Made by a program: the position numbers and the translations under genes. From contig NC_135891.1 in assembly GCF_964194155.1 (NCBI RefSeq), positions 93,868,001 to 93,932,000 of the forward strand: DNA of 64,000 nucleotides, written 5' to 3'. This document shows, piece after piece, positions 11,889 to 24,790 of the stretch (positions are counted from its first letter, which is position 1; the number at the start of each line of letters is the position of its first letter). Below the pieces are notes generated by a model that was not told the origin of the DNA, made no database searches, and was given only the letters and a program-made list of their open reading frames with translations. The stretch comes from Cetorhinus maximus (lineage: Eukaryota).

Positions 11889-12860
11889 AAGACACTGGAG
11901 AAGCACAGGTGTCACTAAAGGAAATAAATTTTTAATTAAAACATTGGTCCTTTTTATAAGGGGGGGCTGAAAACATTCAAGACTGGTGATAATTCTTTTG
12001 GGTGGTCCAGCTCAGGGCAAAGGCCTGGTCCCTGAGTCGTTTCCCCTAGTACAGCTCTCTGAATGCAGGTCAGCCTTCTTGTTCCTGGCGTGCTAAGCAC
12101 TCAACGAAAGGCAGGCCGAGGCTGAGGGAACACCTGGTGTGAAAAAAGTCACCAACTGAACCATTCGCTCTGATGCCAGGAGCCACGTTTAAGGTGGATG
12201 GAATCCCAAACAGTAACCCCCTCAGTGGTGAATTTCCTATTTACGATGGGAATGAGCCAAAAAAAGGCCTGTGGATTTTCAAGGTGAATATTTTCAACCT
12301 TTTCCACAGGAGGCCTGTAAACGTCAGTTGTTTAATAAGCTGCTTGTCCAGCATTGTGTGTTGTGTTGTGGAGATCTTGAGCTGCAGGCGGAACTAACTT
12401 GTTGTGCTGCTGCTTATTGCTGGGAAATGCTTGCTCAGATACTACGCATTGTTGAACAATGGCATCCCATGATTTGTTTGTAAATAACGTGCTTGGTAAC
12501 CTGATACCCCGGATAAAATGCTTCACCTGGAGCCATTTTTCCTGGGGATTTGTATTGCAATGTCATCAGCCTTTAAATGAGCAAAAAAGCATCTCCTAAA
12601 AGAACTTATTAAGCATCTGGTTAGGAATGAGTTTGAAGGTTTTAGGCGCAACCATTCACAAGAATGGTTCCAGGAATGAGGAACTTCAGTTACATAGAAA
12701 GATTGGAGAAGCTGGGGCTGCACCTTGGAGAAGAGAAAGTTGGGAGGAGATTTGAGAGAGGCATTCAAAATCATGAGGGATTTGAACAGAGTAGATAGGG
12801 ACAAACTATTCCCATTGGCGGAAGATTGAGAACCTGAGGGCACAAAAAAGTAATGGTGAC

Positions 12861-13148
12861 TGTTTTGTCATGTGTTTGGGGTCTAGATGAGTTTCTTTGA
12901 GGCTTTTTTATTCTCCCAAAATAAGCTACTCATGACTGTAATTTGTTAAAACCATTATTCTTTATTTACAGCCACCATGAACATATTGGGAAATCTGCAC
13001 GAGGATGGAACTTCTCATTTTCCAGATCCCTGTTGCTCAGTCATGTGATGTTACATCATCAATGCATCAGCATTATGCACTCATGATGTTAATTCTTTAG
13101 TCTACATCTACACCAAGTCTTTGTCCCAGCTATTTACATCTTCCTACA
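12861..13148 (-). repeat. 3' LTR of Gypsy element 1
   Basis: TG...CA termini. Colinear with 17281-17524, sharing catgtgtttggggtc, accatta.tctttattt, acatattggga and tcatgtgatgttacatcatca. Confidence 0.9.
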
Positions 13149-16100
13149 TCTCCCCACAAAGTGTCCGACTTCACAGGGTTAGGCTCTGAAATGCCTTGAC
13201 CAATCTCCCTGACCTTGTTCTGATCTCTTTCTGAGGTAAAGGATATTCTATACTCCCCCTTCTGTTGGTGTAAGTGTTCTTCTCCAGGGTAGCTGTGGGA
13301 CTTTATCTTCTTTTTCTTCAGAGGAGTAGTAAGTGCTGAGTAGTAAGCCCAATTTTCTATTGGCTTTCTTACCAAGGATCTTAAGCCACTGTGGTTTCTC
13401 CTTATAGTTCCCAGGTCTGTCTCAATCCTGTATGATCTTGGTTGTGGAGTTCTTTCAATGATTGTGCCTTCTCTCTTTTGGTCTCATACCCATGCTCTCT
13501 CCCCAGGCTTCAGCACTGGTAATTCTTGTGCTCTGTGCTTGAAGTTAAGGTTACGAGCCTGTTTGTTTCTCTGTTCTTCCTCACGCTGTGTTACCCTCTT
13601 GTGGTCATTCTTGGTGATATTGGGTTTAAGCTTCTGTGTCAGAGATGGAACCTCTCTCAGTTTCTCCATTTGCTTGAGGATAATAAGGTGAACTGGGCAC
13701 GTGAACGAATCTGTATTCTTCTGCAAAATTTTGGAATAACTCATTGGCAAATTGCAGACCATTGTCTGACACCACAATGTCTGGAATGCCATGTGTTGCA
13801 TAATTACTAGGATTACTAGGGATATAGTTTCGGCCATCTCTTCAATGATTAAATGACTGCTTCCCCTGTGGTGCTTTTCAGTCTGTTTAGTTCAATCCAA
13901 CCTGAGTAGTAATCAGTGGCAATAAGGAATTTTTCCCCCACTAAATTGAAATGAGTCCATTCCCAGGTGCTCACACGGTCTTGATGGAAAAGTAGAAGGT
14001 GATAGTGGGTTCTTTTTGTTCTTGGCTGTTTACTGCACACATAGGATAATTAGAAATCATTTCCTCTATAGAACAAAAAATGCCTGGCCACCAGATTGAT
14101 TTCTTGGCTCTTGCATGACATTTTGCTATCCATAAGTGGTTTTAGTGAAGTGTTTGAAGAATAACAAGCCAAAGTGCTCTTGGTATGATATTCTCTCATT
14201 GAAGACTAGTAAATCATCAAAACTGTGAGGTGCTTGCGCTGTTCAAAGTATTGGCATTGTACTGGATTACTGGGGATATAGTTTGGCCATCCTTCCAGAC
14301 AATATTCTTTTACCTGGATACACTTGTCATCTTGGCACTGGGCTTGTTTTATTTCCTGCAACTTTTTTTGCAGCAGCTGGTGAGTGTTGAGTAATTAGGG
14401 ATGTATATATTTCTACTTCCTCAATGAAACATAAATTCTCTTGTTTGGTTCCTTCTGATGGTATCTGCAACATTCTGCTGTCATTTGATATTTCCCTTGA
14501 ACATACTCCATCATGGAGTCATATCTCATTAATGTTAATCTGAATCGCTGGATTCTGCACGGCATCTTCACAATTTCTTTCATGTTCAGAAGAGTGACTA
14601 GTGGCTTGTTAGTTTCAATTTTGAACCGCAATCCCATAACATAGCCTGAGAATTTTTTGCATGCACATGTTGCTGCTAATACTTCTTTTTCGATTGTGGT
14701 ATATCTTTGTTCTGTTTCAGACAATGACCTTGAGGCATAGTAAACTGGTCTACTTTTGCCGTCTCTCTGCATTCGAAATAATACTGGACCCAGACCTGTT
14801 GATGATGCATCTGCTGCTAGTATGTTCGGTAGTTCTGGGTCGTAATGTGCCAAAATTGCAGAGGAGATTAAAAGTTATTTAATCTTTCCAAATATTTTAC
14901 TGGTCCATATTCCAGCACCAGTGTTGACCTCATCTCAAAAGCTGTCTCAAAGGCTCATTGACCTCTGCTAAGTAGGAATTTGCCTACTTGGTTGACCATC
15001 CTGAGGAATCTTTGAAGATCAGTTATATTCCTGGATTCTGGAAATTCTTGTGGGTTTTTTGTGGATCAGCTGTGATTTCAGTGACTTGTACTATGTGACC
15101 TAGAAACCCGATCATAGTTTTGGCAAACTTACTTTTCATTCAATGTTAGGCCTGCATCCTGTAAGACTCGCAGGACTGCTCTAACTCTGCGGTCATGCTC
15201 TTCTCTTGTGGAGCCATGTGCAAGTATGCCATATGGCATATTTCTCCTTCCAGGCCTTCTAGGGATTGAGACATTGTTTTCTGGAAAATTTCAGGAACGG
15301 ACACAATTCCAAATGGTAATCTAATGAAATAATAATGTCTGAACAATATAATAAATGTGATCAACGGTCTGGATTCTTTGACCAAAGGCAACTTCCAAAA
15401 TCTGCTGTTTGTTTTCAATTTTGTGAATAGAATATTCTTAGCTAGTTTGGCATGACTCTCATCTACTGAGGCCATCAAGTGTATCTCATGTTCCATTGAT
15501 TTGCTTAGTTGAGTTAAATCCACACAGATTCTTATAGAACCATTTGCCTTTAGTACCATGACCACTCCTGAACACCATCCTGTTGGCATGATGACCAGTG
15601 AGATAACCCCTTACAGTTGCATGTTCTCAATTTCACCCTTGACTTTATCCAAGAGTGAGTGAGGGACTTTCTTCGTGTATAGAGGCAAATTGGTTTAGCA
15701 TCAGCTCATAGGATCATATGGTACTTGGTCTTTAACTTCCCTAGGCTTGTAAATAATTTTGAAAATTCATTCCTGAATGCACTGTTGTAATGCTCATCAG
15801 CAACTTCATCCATTTGAACATCATCAACTTCATAACACATTAGCTTCAATTTGAAGCATGCCTTTCTGCTTAGTAGTGAGCATTCTTGATCTTGAATGAC
15901 ATAAAGAGGTTTGAAGATTTCTCTATTTTTATACTTCAACTTTGCCATGAGTTGGCCATTGATTTTTAACATACTCCCACCAGAGCCCTGTAATTTGGTA
16001 GATGAGGGTTGCAATGTAATCTGCTTGAGCCAGTTTACTTCATCTGATAAAACAGAAACTTCTGCTCCTGTGTCTAATTTTAAAACCCTGCGAAGTGTCC

Positions 16101-17280
16101 ATCCACTTCAAGTTTAATAATCCAGTGTTTGTTTTCAGTATCTTCCACCTTCCTTAGGAAGGTTACTTGCTTTATCTGTGGTTCTTCCACTTCTTATATG
16201 CTGCTCTGCTTTAATATTGTTTCCCTCTTTTTACAGGTTGTCAGTGTTTTCGAGTGATAGGTTTGAAGTGGCCTGTTTTTCCATAGTTGTGGCACTCTGC
16301 TTCCTCTGCTGGATGTTCTTCTCGCCTTCGCAGCTTGTTCCTGCCACACTTAAGGCATATCGAGTTTTTGGTTGGCCCACTTTTCCCTGTTTTGGCGGGC
16401 TTAGGCTTTGGTGCACTTTCTCCCTTATGACCTACATACTGAATGGTCTCACTCGATCTTCTCCACTGGACCTCGCCTTCTCTGTGAATAAATGCCTGAT
16501 TTTGTTTTCTAAGCTCAGTTTGCTGTGCAATTTGCATTGCCTTGACTTGTGTTAAATTTTCTCCTGTCTGTAAGAGATCTGATAATACTTCATTTAGGAC
16601 CCTTACTACAATTCTGTCACAACTCAATTCATCCCTTAAGATTCCATAATCACAGTTTCCTTCCAGCCTATTCCCTGCCAGATCATTGATGATCGAACCC
16701 TTGCTTTCGCCGGGTCTTTGCTTTCTCATGTTAAGTTTTGCCCTTTCAATAATTAAGTTTCTGTGGACACTGAATTATAAATCAAATGTTTGCAGGACTT
16801 CTTCGTCAGAAGTTGAAGTCTGATCCATTCCCTGCCTTGTTATCAAATCGCCATCAATAGATCCAACTGCATAAAGTAGTGTAAAATGGCCTGATCTTTT
16901 TGATCTTTTTTGTGTAAGCCAAAAGCAGTTCTATGTCTCGTAAACCTCTTTCTCCAGTTTTCACTGTTCTGGGCCTGTTGCGAGCCTTCAGTGCTCTGAA
17001 ATGGTTCTGCGGGTGGTAGTGTGGATTCCATGTTTCTGCTGAGCTCTGGAATTGTTGCTGCTTCATTGGTGCTGCTTGTTGCTTTGGGTCTATGCTCATT
17101 GCTGTCTGGACTCCAGGTCTGTGTCTCAACTTGCATCTACTGCACCTACAATGCTCTGACTTTTTGGTGAGTCTTGAATCTGTTCCTTTCGTACTTCTTC
17201 CAAGGACCTCTTGACTTGCCAGATCTGTAGCTGCTTCTTAAAGTTTTCCTGGGTCTTTTACTCACTGTCCGCTGCCACCA

Positions 17281-17524
17281 TGTTTCTTCATGTGTTTGGG
17301 GTCCAGCTGGGATTCTTTGGGACTTGTCTATGCTCCCACAGTAAGCTGCTCGAGAATGTAGTTTATTGAAACCATTACTCTTTATTTGCAGCTGATATGT
17401 ACATATTGGGAACTCCGCACAGGGCTGGAACTGCTCCTTCCTCCAGATCTCTGTTACTCAATCATGTGATGTTACATCATCATTACATCAGCATCGTGTG
17501 CTTCTGATTTCACTCTACTCTAGA
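17281..17524 (-). repeat. 5' LTR of Gypsy element 1
   Basis: Direct repeat of 12861-13148, about 45 bp shorter, and abutting the PBS. Confidence 0.85.
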
Positions 17525-18102
17525 GCGACATGAGGAACGCACCGAATGGTTAGGATCTGGAATGCACTGCCATAGGCTTTCAAAAGGGATTTGGGTCATT
17601 ATCTGAAAATGAAAAATGTGTAGGGCTACGAGGAAAAGGCAGGGGAGTGGTCCTACTTCAAAGGGCCAGCACAGATATAAAAGGCCAATGGCCTCCTTCT
17701 GTGCTGTTTCTATGATTCTATGAAATATAGGCTGAGGAGCTGGGGTGGTGGTGGTGAGACATAGCTCCCAGCCAGTCATTGAGTTGAGGGTTGATCATTT
17801 TGATTGATTTCCTTTAAAGATCAGGGAGCATTTACTCATTTATTTGTGGTTTTCCCTTTCTTGTGTTTTTATTGCTTCAAATTCATTCACTTCCTCCCAT
17901 CCAATGAGTGAACATGAGGAAGATTTACTTCACAAGTATTCCTTATAATTGGGATCCAGGAAAGAGGTTAATGTCAGTGGTGGAGAGGTTTGACAAGTTC
18001 AGAGATGTAGGCAACATTTTGGTTGGTTCTTGTACCATTCTTGGGGCAGTGTTAGAGTGCGGCTGAGAAAGACAAGACAGAGGCTCTAGGCTCAAACACA
18101 TG

Positions 18103-18702
18103 GAGTTGAACTTTCCCCCCGTTGGGGGGGAAGTTGACGGGCGGGCGCGTACGAGCGTGCTTTCGATCGGCACCCCCAATCAGAGGTGCGCCGCCATTTT
18201 ACGTGGGTGGGCCAGTTAAGGTCTGCCCAGCGTGACGTCCGCACAGAAGCGCTATGCGCTCCCTGTGTGGGCGGGTGGGAATCCCAAAATCGAGAGTACG
18301 GTCTTTCGCACATGCACATGAAAGAGCGCACTCATCTCCCTGAGGCTAAGTGCAGCCTCAGGGAGATCGGCTGTACATGTAAAATAGATAAAAATAGAAA
18401 AATAAAACTTCCCTTACATGTCCCCTATGTCCATAATTAAAAAAAAATCTTTATTAAAATTTTTAAAGCCTACATGAAACCTCATTCCACCGGTGGATGA
18501 GGTTTCATGTTTTTTCCAGTTCTGGCTGGGGCTCCTGGCCTGCTCGCCAACCTTAAGGTTAAAGGACAGGCAGGTCCTTTAATTGCTTAATTGACCCTGT
18601 CAATGGCCTCAATTGGCCATTGACAGGTTGGTGGGTGCGCAGCTGATTTTGCTGCGCTCCTGCCTTCCTGAAAATTTAAAACAAGCTCATAAAATTCTGC
18701 CC
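18103..18702. mobile_element. Harbinger-type MITE
   Basis: Termini gagttgaactttc / aaaattctgccc with a 3-bp TSD ATG (18100-02 and 18703-05). The CpG-rich interior has the palindromes catgaaacctcat..atgaggtttcatg and ccaaccttaaggtt. Related to 25698-26147. Confidence 0.75.
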
Positions 18703-18834
18703 ATGCTGTAATCTGGGAGAAAAAAAGAGATCTATTGAGGTACTCCCATATCTATCAGGGTTCATGCATCCTGCAGGGTAGTATGATGGAATAAAACAAA
18801 GAATGAAAATTGGAAAGTCAGTAGGTCACAGGCT

Positions 18835-19139
18835 TAGGCTTGCCAATTCTAATTGAATGTATTCCTGGGGGTTTCATCACACGACCTGCCTCCATGCTCC
18901 CAACATCGGTCGCCCAACACAATATTCCTGTGAATGACAATTGAAATGACTCTTCACTGGTTGATGCTTGACCGGCTTTTTTTCCCCATCTCCAATACTT
19001 TTACAGAATTGTTCAAAGAAATTTTTTAAATCTTTTAATGCCGCTATAACTTTTCCAGGCTAGCTCTCAGGAGTGAGCTGGAGATTAATCTTTAATTCCT
19101 GAAGACTGCCAGGACAATCCTGGAGGATTAGCAATCCTA
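18835..19139. mobile_element. hAT-like MITE
   Basis: TIRs taggcttgccaa / ttagcaatccta (TAGGGTTGCCAA type). No clear TSD. Confidence 0.55.
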
Positions 19140-19514
19140 GTTACTGCCAAATAATAAAAAGGCTGCTCTATATTTTCAAACTCTATATAGCGCTTAAATT
19201 ACTCATTTGCTGATTAAGTCTTTAGCTTGTACTTGACAGTTTCTATTTTCTTTCTCTTGATGGTATTAAATTACTCTCCTTTTGCTGCCAAGATCTTGGT
19301 TAAATGCAGCAGAGACAGAGGTGAACTACTTCTGTCTTTGGCAGCTATCTAAAGGGTTAAAATGAAACAAAATCAAGGCAAATCATGGTGGAAAATATAT
19401 TATACCAATCTGTAGAATGTCTCTGAGAAAGGTTATAGAAAATGTATAAGTATAATAAGCCCATTCTCCTTGGAGGTTTGCGTTGAAGTACATTGTTAGG
19501 AAGTCTGCTTTCCA

Positions 19515-19608
19515 TCTCTCTGTTCTCTCTATAGATGCTAACTGACCCTCTGAGTGTTTCCAACATTTCTGTTTTGATTTTAGATTTTCAACATCTGCAG
19601 TTTTTTAA
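19515..19608 (+). mobile_element. Penelope terminal fragment
   Basis: ctctctatagatgctaactgaccctctgagtgtttccaacatttctgttttg...aacatctgcagtttttt resembles 44615-44705. Confidence 0.55.
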
Positions 19609-20464
19609 TTGTGCTGGATCTGATCTATATTACCTCACTGGAGAGTGTATATGGCCCTATTGCTTCACATAAAGAACAACTTTTCCATCCCTGTGTCATA
19701 TTCACCTGGGCGGGGCCCTTAATGAACGTGAACAAATAATTATAACCCACTGTTTTTCAACTGAAGCTAAAATGACATTGCTGCTGAGTAAATGGATTAA
19801 AATGTATTAAACTGGATTAACCCCATGTGGAATTTCAAGAGCTGCAGGCAGAAATTTTTGAACACTTCATTACTGCTAAAGTACAAAGTTACTGTACATT
19901 TAGCACATGCATTATTTCTATAACACCCAACAATTTCAGCTCCAATGTATTGAAAAATGTCTTAAATTGTAACACCCGTACAAATGTAGCAGATCCTGCA
20001 TCTTGGTCCCTGTCGGTATGGATTTGGTCACTTGTCATTGATTCTGCAGCATCCCCTTCCTCCTGTTATTCCTTTCTTCCTGCTTTTTCTCATTGAAGCC
20101 AGTGGGAGAGCTTCATCCACGGCAATGCCATGCAGCATGCAGCGCACTGTCACACCTCCATTTACCATCAGTGGAAAGAAACAGAGTTGACCCGAAATAT
20201 CACTGACCTGTTTTTCTCTCTCCACAAATGCTGCCTGGCCTGCTCAATGTTTGCCAACCATTTCTACTTTAGTACAAAATTATTCCCAAGATCTATAAAA
20301 CAGGAGCAAGAGGAATACAACTGACTAAATCAGCAGGGAACAGATGCCTAATTTGCACAATGCTTAAATTCTCCTGAAAGGGGAAAAATTTGACTTACGC
20401 CCCAAAAAGCCACTCTGCCTGTTTGAACTAACTGTGCTCAGGCTCATTGCCATGTTTCTGTGGA

Positions 20465-20837
20465 ACTTTTTTTCTTTAATCTTTCATGGGATGCTGACAT
20501 TGCTGGTGAAAGCATTTGTTACCCTTCCCTAATTGCTCTTGAACTGACCTGGCTAGGTCATTTCAGAGAGCAGTTAAGAGTCAACCACTTTGCTGTGGGT
20601 CGGGAGTCACATTCTGGTAAGGATAGCAGATTTCCTTCCCTAAAGGATATTAGTGAACCAAATGGGTCTTTGCAGAAATCAATGATAGCTTCATGGTCAC
20701 CATTACTAAGACTAGCTTTAAATTCCAGATTTATTAATTAAATTTAAATTCCATGATGGGATTGGAACCCATGCCCCCAGAGTGTTAGCCTAGGTCTCTG
20801 GGTTACTATTCCACTGACATTACCACTACACCACCAC
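20465..20837 (-). mobile_element. Full-length tRNA-headed bipartite SINE
   Basis: The minus strand has the head ggtggtggtgtagtggtaatgtcagtgg..tgggttccaatccca and a body equal to LINE 5238-5555. This is joined directly to the LINE 3' tail (aagagcaattagggaagg..aaatgct). Confidence 0.85.
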
Positions 20838-21275
20838 CTCCCCATAAAGTATAGTGTGACCTAGACACAAAATTTGCAAATAAATCTATGATGCACAAGC
20901 AACAGGAAAACAACAAATCAAAAATAAAAAGGCGGAAGGGTAGATTTTCCTCCCTGGGTAACCACAGGGTGCATTGGACAGGCACAGCATATCTGAGGCA
21001 CAATGTGTCTGTAAGAGGAGATGTAGCCTTGAATGTCTTTGTCCAGGCTGTTTGCATAGCCTGGATACACTCTGGTACCTGCCCTGCCCTGGGTCTAGAT
21101 CCAGAAAGATGGGCAAGAAACAGATGCGTCCGAGAGGCCTTAAGCTGTGTTACTGAATGACCTGAATGAAGGCTCCTTCCTTCACCCAGACCTGGAAACC
21201 AGAAGCAGGTCTGTCAGTGGCTACCAGGGTAAAGTCTGCTATGAAACTTGAAGTCAGTGACTTCAAGCAGCATTA

Positions 21276-21403
21276 GGGCCAAATTTTATGGTCCCTCCCA
21301 CCCGGCAGGATATTACGGTCCCGCCGAACAGAATGGAGATTTAAATGGCTCGCCGCATCCACCAGGGGGAGACAAGCTGCAGCTGAGCCGTAAAATCTTG
21401 GCC
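21276..21403. mobile_element. Minimal Harbinger-type MITE (128 bp)
   Basis: TIRs gggccaaatttta / taaaatcttggcc, flanked by TTA / TAA (TWA target). Confidence 0.7.
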
Positions 21404-21774
21404 TAAGAGATGCGCAAAATTTCCTAATTTCCTGCCGTACACAGTTGTATCATATAGATCATTGATACAGAGCTTGTCATTGTTACAAGGAAATGTTTGA
21501 AGAGCACAGACTTTGCTGCTTGAAGTTTACCAGGAAGGAAGTCATAGAACTTTGCTATTTCCTACAAACTTCATCAATGACTGGGCTGGCTCTGCTTTAG
21601 CCAGTGAAAATCACCACTACCTTGAATTTGTAGATATTCTTCTTAACCTACCTCAAAGCATTACCAATGGAACCCACGAGGCCATATGAGCTCCTTTCAA
21701 CAAGACTATTATGGATAAGAAGCTGTTCAATTTAATGAATATTCAAGTTGTTCGTGTCTCTCACAATGCAATAC

Positions 21775-22250
21775 AACAACAACTTGCATTTAAATATTAC
21801 CTTTAATGTATTGAAAAATTCCGTAGTGCTTCATAGGAACATTATCAAATAATATTTGACACTAGACTACATAAGAAGATATTAGGACATGTGGGCAAAG
21901 ACCTAGTTAAAGAGAAAGGTTTTAAGGAGCACCTTAAAGGAGAAGAGAGTTAGAGAGGCAGAGAGGTTTAGGGAAGAAATTCTGGAGCTTAGGGCCAACT
22001 TGTTCAAAGCAGCTGAAGGTATGGCTGCCAGTGGTGGAGCAAAGAACATCAGGGATGTGTGAGATGTCAGAATCAGAGGAGGTTACTGAGCTTGGGAAGG
22101 GGCAGAGCCATGGGGGTATTTGAAAATAAAGGTGAAAAGTTTTAAAACGAGGCATTATCCGCTTGGAAGCCAACGTAGATCATCGAGAATGAGGATGATG
22201 GGTGAAAAGGATTTGGTACAACTTAGGACAAAAGAATTTCTGCCAATGTG
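21775..22250 (-). mobile_element. L2 LINE 3' fragment
   Basis: An L2-type tail (caacaacaacttgcatttaaatattacc) followed by the reverse complement of the L2 3' region seen at 1300-1520 and 59740-59960. Confidence 0.7.
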
Positions 22251-22889
22251 ACATAATTTTAAGAAGTTTTGCCAAGCCATTCCCTTGTCTAATTCTTTCA
22301 CCACATTTCCCGTAAGCAGAACTGACATCCCTAATGAACCAGAGCTGTGGCCATGGGGTTTCTTTCCCCTACAGGGTCTTTGTAATCTTTGGGACTCACA
22401 CAATCCAAGTCACTTTGGTACATGGTGTTATCATTTTCTAAATGAATGAACTTGATTTATTAAACCAGGTTGGATCATGGCGTTATTGCATTCTGAATGA
22501 AAGCCGTGCAGAATAGTACAAGCCCTGATCCTATGACCATGATCTACATGAACTTCAGCTGTTCTTTATGATCTTTTAAAACAATGTTTTGCTGCTAAAT
22601 GCAGTGAAGGACTTCTGAGTCTCTTTACTAATAGCTTGTAACACACTCCTCACTCAGTATCAGTTTGTTTCCACCCAGGACCACCCTGAATCCCACACAC
22701 AGATTTTCAATCTTTCTTTCCCTCTTGGTCTCACAGGTCAAAGGCTTAAATGTTCCATTGACCTTGAACTGCCTGGAATGCTTATGGATTAATGTTTCCT
22801 CTGACGGTCCCTTCTCCAGGTTGCCTGATCCGCAGCTAAGGGCTCACAAAGTCTTTCTGGCTTGATTAATATATAATTACTAGTAAAAA

Positions 22890-23010
22890 AGAAAGCTTTA
22901 GCACAGATGCTAAAGTCTGAACTAAAAATAGAAAATCCTGAAAGTACCGGGAGGTCAGTTAGCATCTGCTGAGAGAACAGACAATTCAACATTATGGGTG
23001 TGGACCCTCC
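22890..23010 (-). mobile_element. Penelope terminal fragment, diverged
   Basis: gcacagatgctaaagtctgaactaaaaatagaaaatcctgaaagtacc..aggtcagttagcatctg resembles 9333-9465. Confidence 0.5.
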
Positions 23011-23267
23011 TGAAAAATAAGAGGTGGACAGGCATAGTAATGTAAAATATATAGTTATGTACCCCTTTCCTTTCTCTAACTGTATTAAAAGGTGGGGTGG
23101 GGGGTGGGGGTGCTCATAAAATGCAGTACATGGCCTACTCTGGTTTTACAGTGGGTGGGGGAGATATCAGACAGCCTGCCCTTGGCCTATTGAGGCACTT
23201 GGGTGGCCAATTATTTGCCTCATTCCACCTGTGGCATGGGGAAGCCTAATTGCTCAAAAAGCATTTT

Positions 23268-23483
23268 TCAGAGTCAACCACATTGGTCTGGAGTCTAATG
23301 AACATTAGTGAAACTGTGTTTATGACAATCAGCAATGGCTTTGTGGTCATCATTAGACTTTTAATTCCAGGCTCTTATTAATTTCAAATTTCAGGAGTGG
23401 TGGGATTTGAACCCAGGTCCTCAGAGCATTACCCTTGGTCTCTAGATCACTAATCTAGTGTCAATACCACGATGCCACTGCCT
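23268..23483 (-). mobile_element. tRNA-headed SINE, 5' portion
   Basis: The minus-strand head ggcagtggcatcgtggtattgacactagattagtgatctagag..ctgggttcaaatcccacca is the same family as 20465-20837. Confidence 0.7.
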
Positions 23484-23494
23484 GCCCCTCAATC

Positions 23495-24790
23495 TGGTAC
23501 ACACTGCTGCCACTGTGTATTGGTGGTGGAGGGAGTGAATATTTATTGTGGTGGATGGGGAGCCAATCAAGCAGGCTGCTTTGTCCCAGATGGTGTCAAG
23601 CTTCTCGAGTGTTGCTGGAGCTGCACTCATCAAGGCAAGTGGAGAATATTCCATCACGCTCCTGACTTGTGCCTTGTAGATGCTGGACAGGCTTTTGGGA
23701 GTCAGGAGGTGAGTTATTCCCCACAGAATTCCCAGTCTCTGACCTGCTTTTGTAGCCACAGTATTTATATGGCTGGTTCAGTTCAGTTTCTGTTCAATGG
23801 TAACCCCCAGGATATTGATAGTAGCGGATTCAGTGATGGTAATGCCATTGAATGTCAGGGGGAGATTGTTAGATTCTCTTTGGTTGGAGATGGTCATTGC
23901 CTGGCACTTGTGTGGCACGAATGTTATTTGCCACTTATCAGCCCAAGCCTGAATATTGTCCAGATCTTGCTTCATATGTACAAATGCTGCTTCAGTATCT
24001 GAGAATTTCTGAATGGTACTGAACATTGTACAATCACCCACGAACATCCCCACTTCTGACCTTATGATGGAAGGAAGGTCATTGATGGAGCAGCTGAAGA
24101 TGGTTGGGTCTAGGACACTACCCTGAGGAACCTCCGCAGTCATGTCCCAGGACTGAGATGATTGTCCTCCAAAAACTACAACCATCTTCCTTTATGCTAG
24201 GTATGACTCCAACCAGTGGTGAGTTTAGCCCCTGATTCCCATTGACTTCAATTTTGCTTGGGCTCCTTGATGGCACACTCAATCAAATGCAGTCTTGATG
24301 CCAAGGGCAGTCATGATCGCCTCACCTTTTGAGTTCAGGTCTTTTGTCCGTGTTTGGACCAAGGCTGCAATGAGGTCAGGAGATGAGCGGTCCTGGTAGA
24401 ATCCAAACTGAGCGTCAGTGAGCAGGTTGTTGCTGAGTAAGTGCCACTTTATAGCACTGTTGACAACAGCTTCCATCACTTTGCTGATGATTGAGACTAG
24501 ACTGATGGAGCAGTAATTGGCTGAGTTCGATTTGTCCTGCTTTTCATGGACAGGACATACCTGGGCAGTTTTACACATAGCCAGGTAGATGTCAGTGTTG
24601 TAGCAGTACTGGAACAGCTTGACTAGGGGTATGGATAGTTTTGGAGCACTGAATTACTGGAATATTGTCAGGGCCCATAGCCTTTGCAGTATCCAGTGCT
24701 TTTAGCCATTTCTTGATATCAGTGGAGTGAATCAAATTGGCTGAAGACCATATCTATGATGGTGGGGACCTCAGGAAGAGGCCAAGATGG
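23495..24790 (-). mobile_element. CR1/L2-group LINE RT fragment (same family as 5238-9035)
   Basis: ORF pieces 24279-24578 (PVHEKQDKSNSANYCSISL...QFGF), 23778-24185 (VPQGSVL, FVGD, AWADKWQ) and 23442-23759 (YKAQVRSVMEYSP). Confidence 0.9.

Larger units (their letters stand above)
12861..17524 (-). mobile_element. Gypsy LTR retrotransposon, complete outline but decayed (gag-PR-RT-RH-IN)
   Basis: Direct LTRs at 12861-13148 and 17281-17524. PBS tggtggcagcg at 17270-17280 and PPT ggggaga next to 13149. TSD GTGAC (12856-60) / GCGAC (17525-29). Motifs: protease FKLDTGAEVS at about 16060-16085, RT LPFGIVSVPEIFQKTM, RNase H ADASSTGLG, integrase DYYSGWIE. Confidence 0.92.
12653..17722 (+). mobile_element. 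CR1 3' end split by the Gypsy insertion (12653-12860 and 17525-17722)
   Basis: CR1 C-terminal sequence (FTRMVPGMRNFSYIERLEKLG) on the left continues on the right as atgaggaac..ggttaggatctggaatgcactgcc. It ends in the CR1 tail ggccaatggcctccttctgtgctg...tctatgattctatga. Confidence 0.8.

Noticed and set aside
23472-24002. 176-aa plus-strand ORF
   Set aside because: It is the antisense shadow of the LINE RT on the minus strand.
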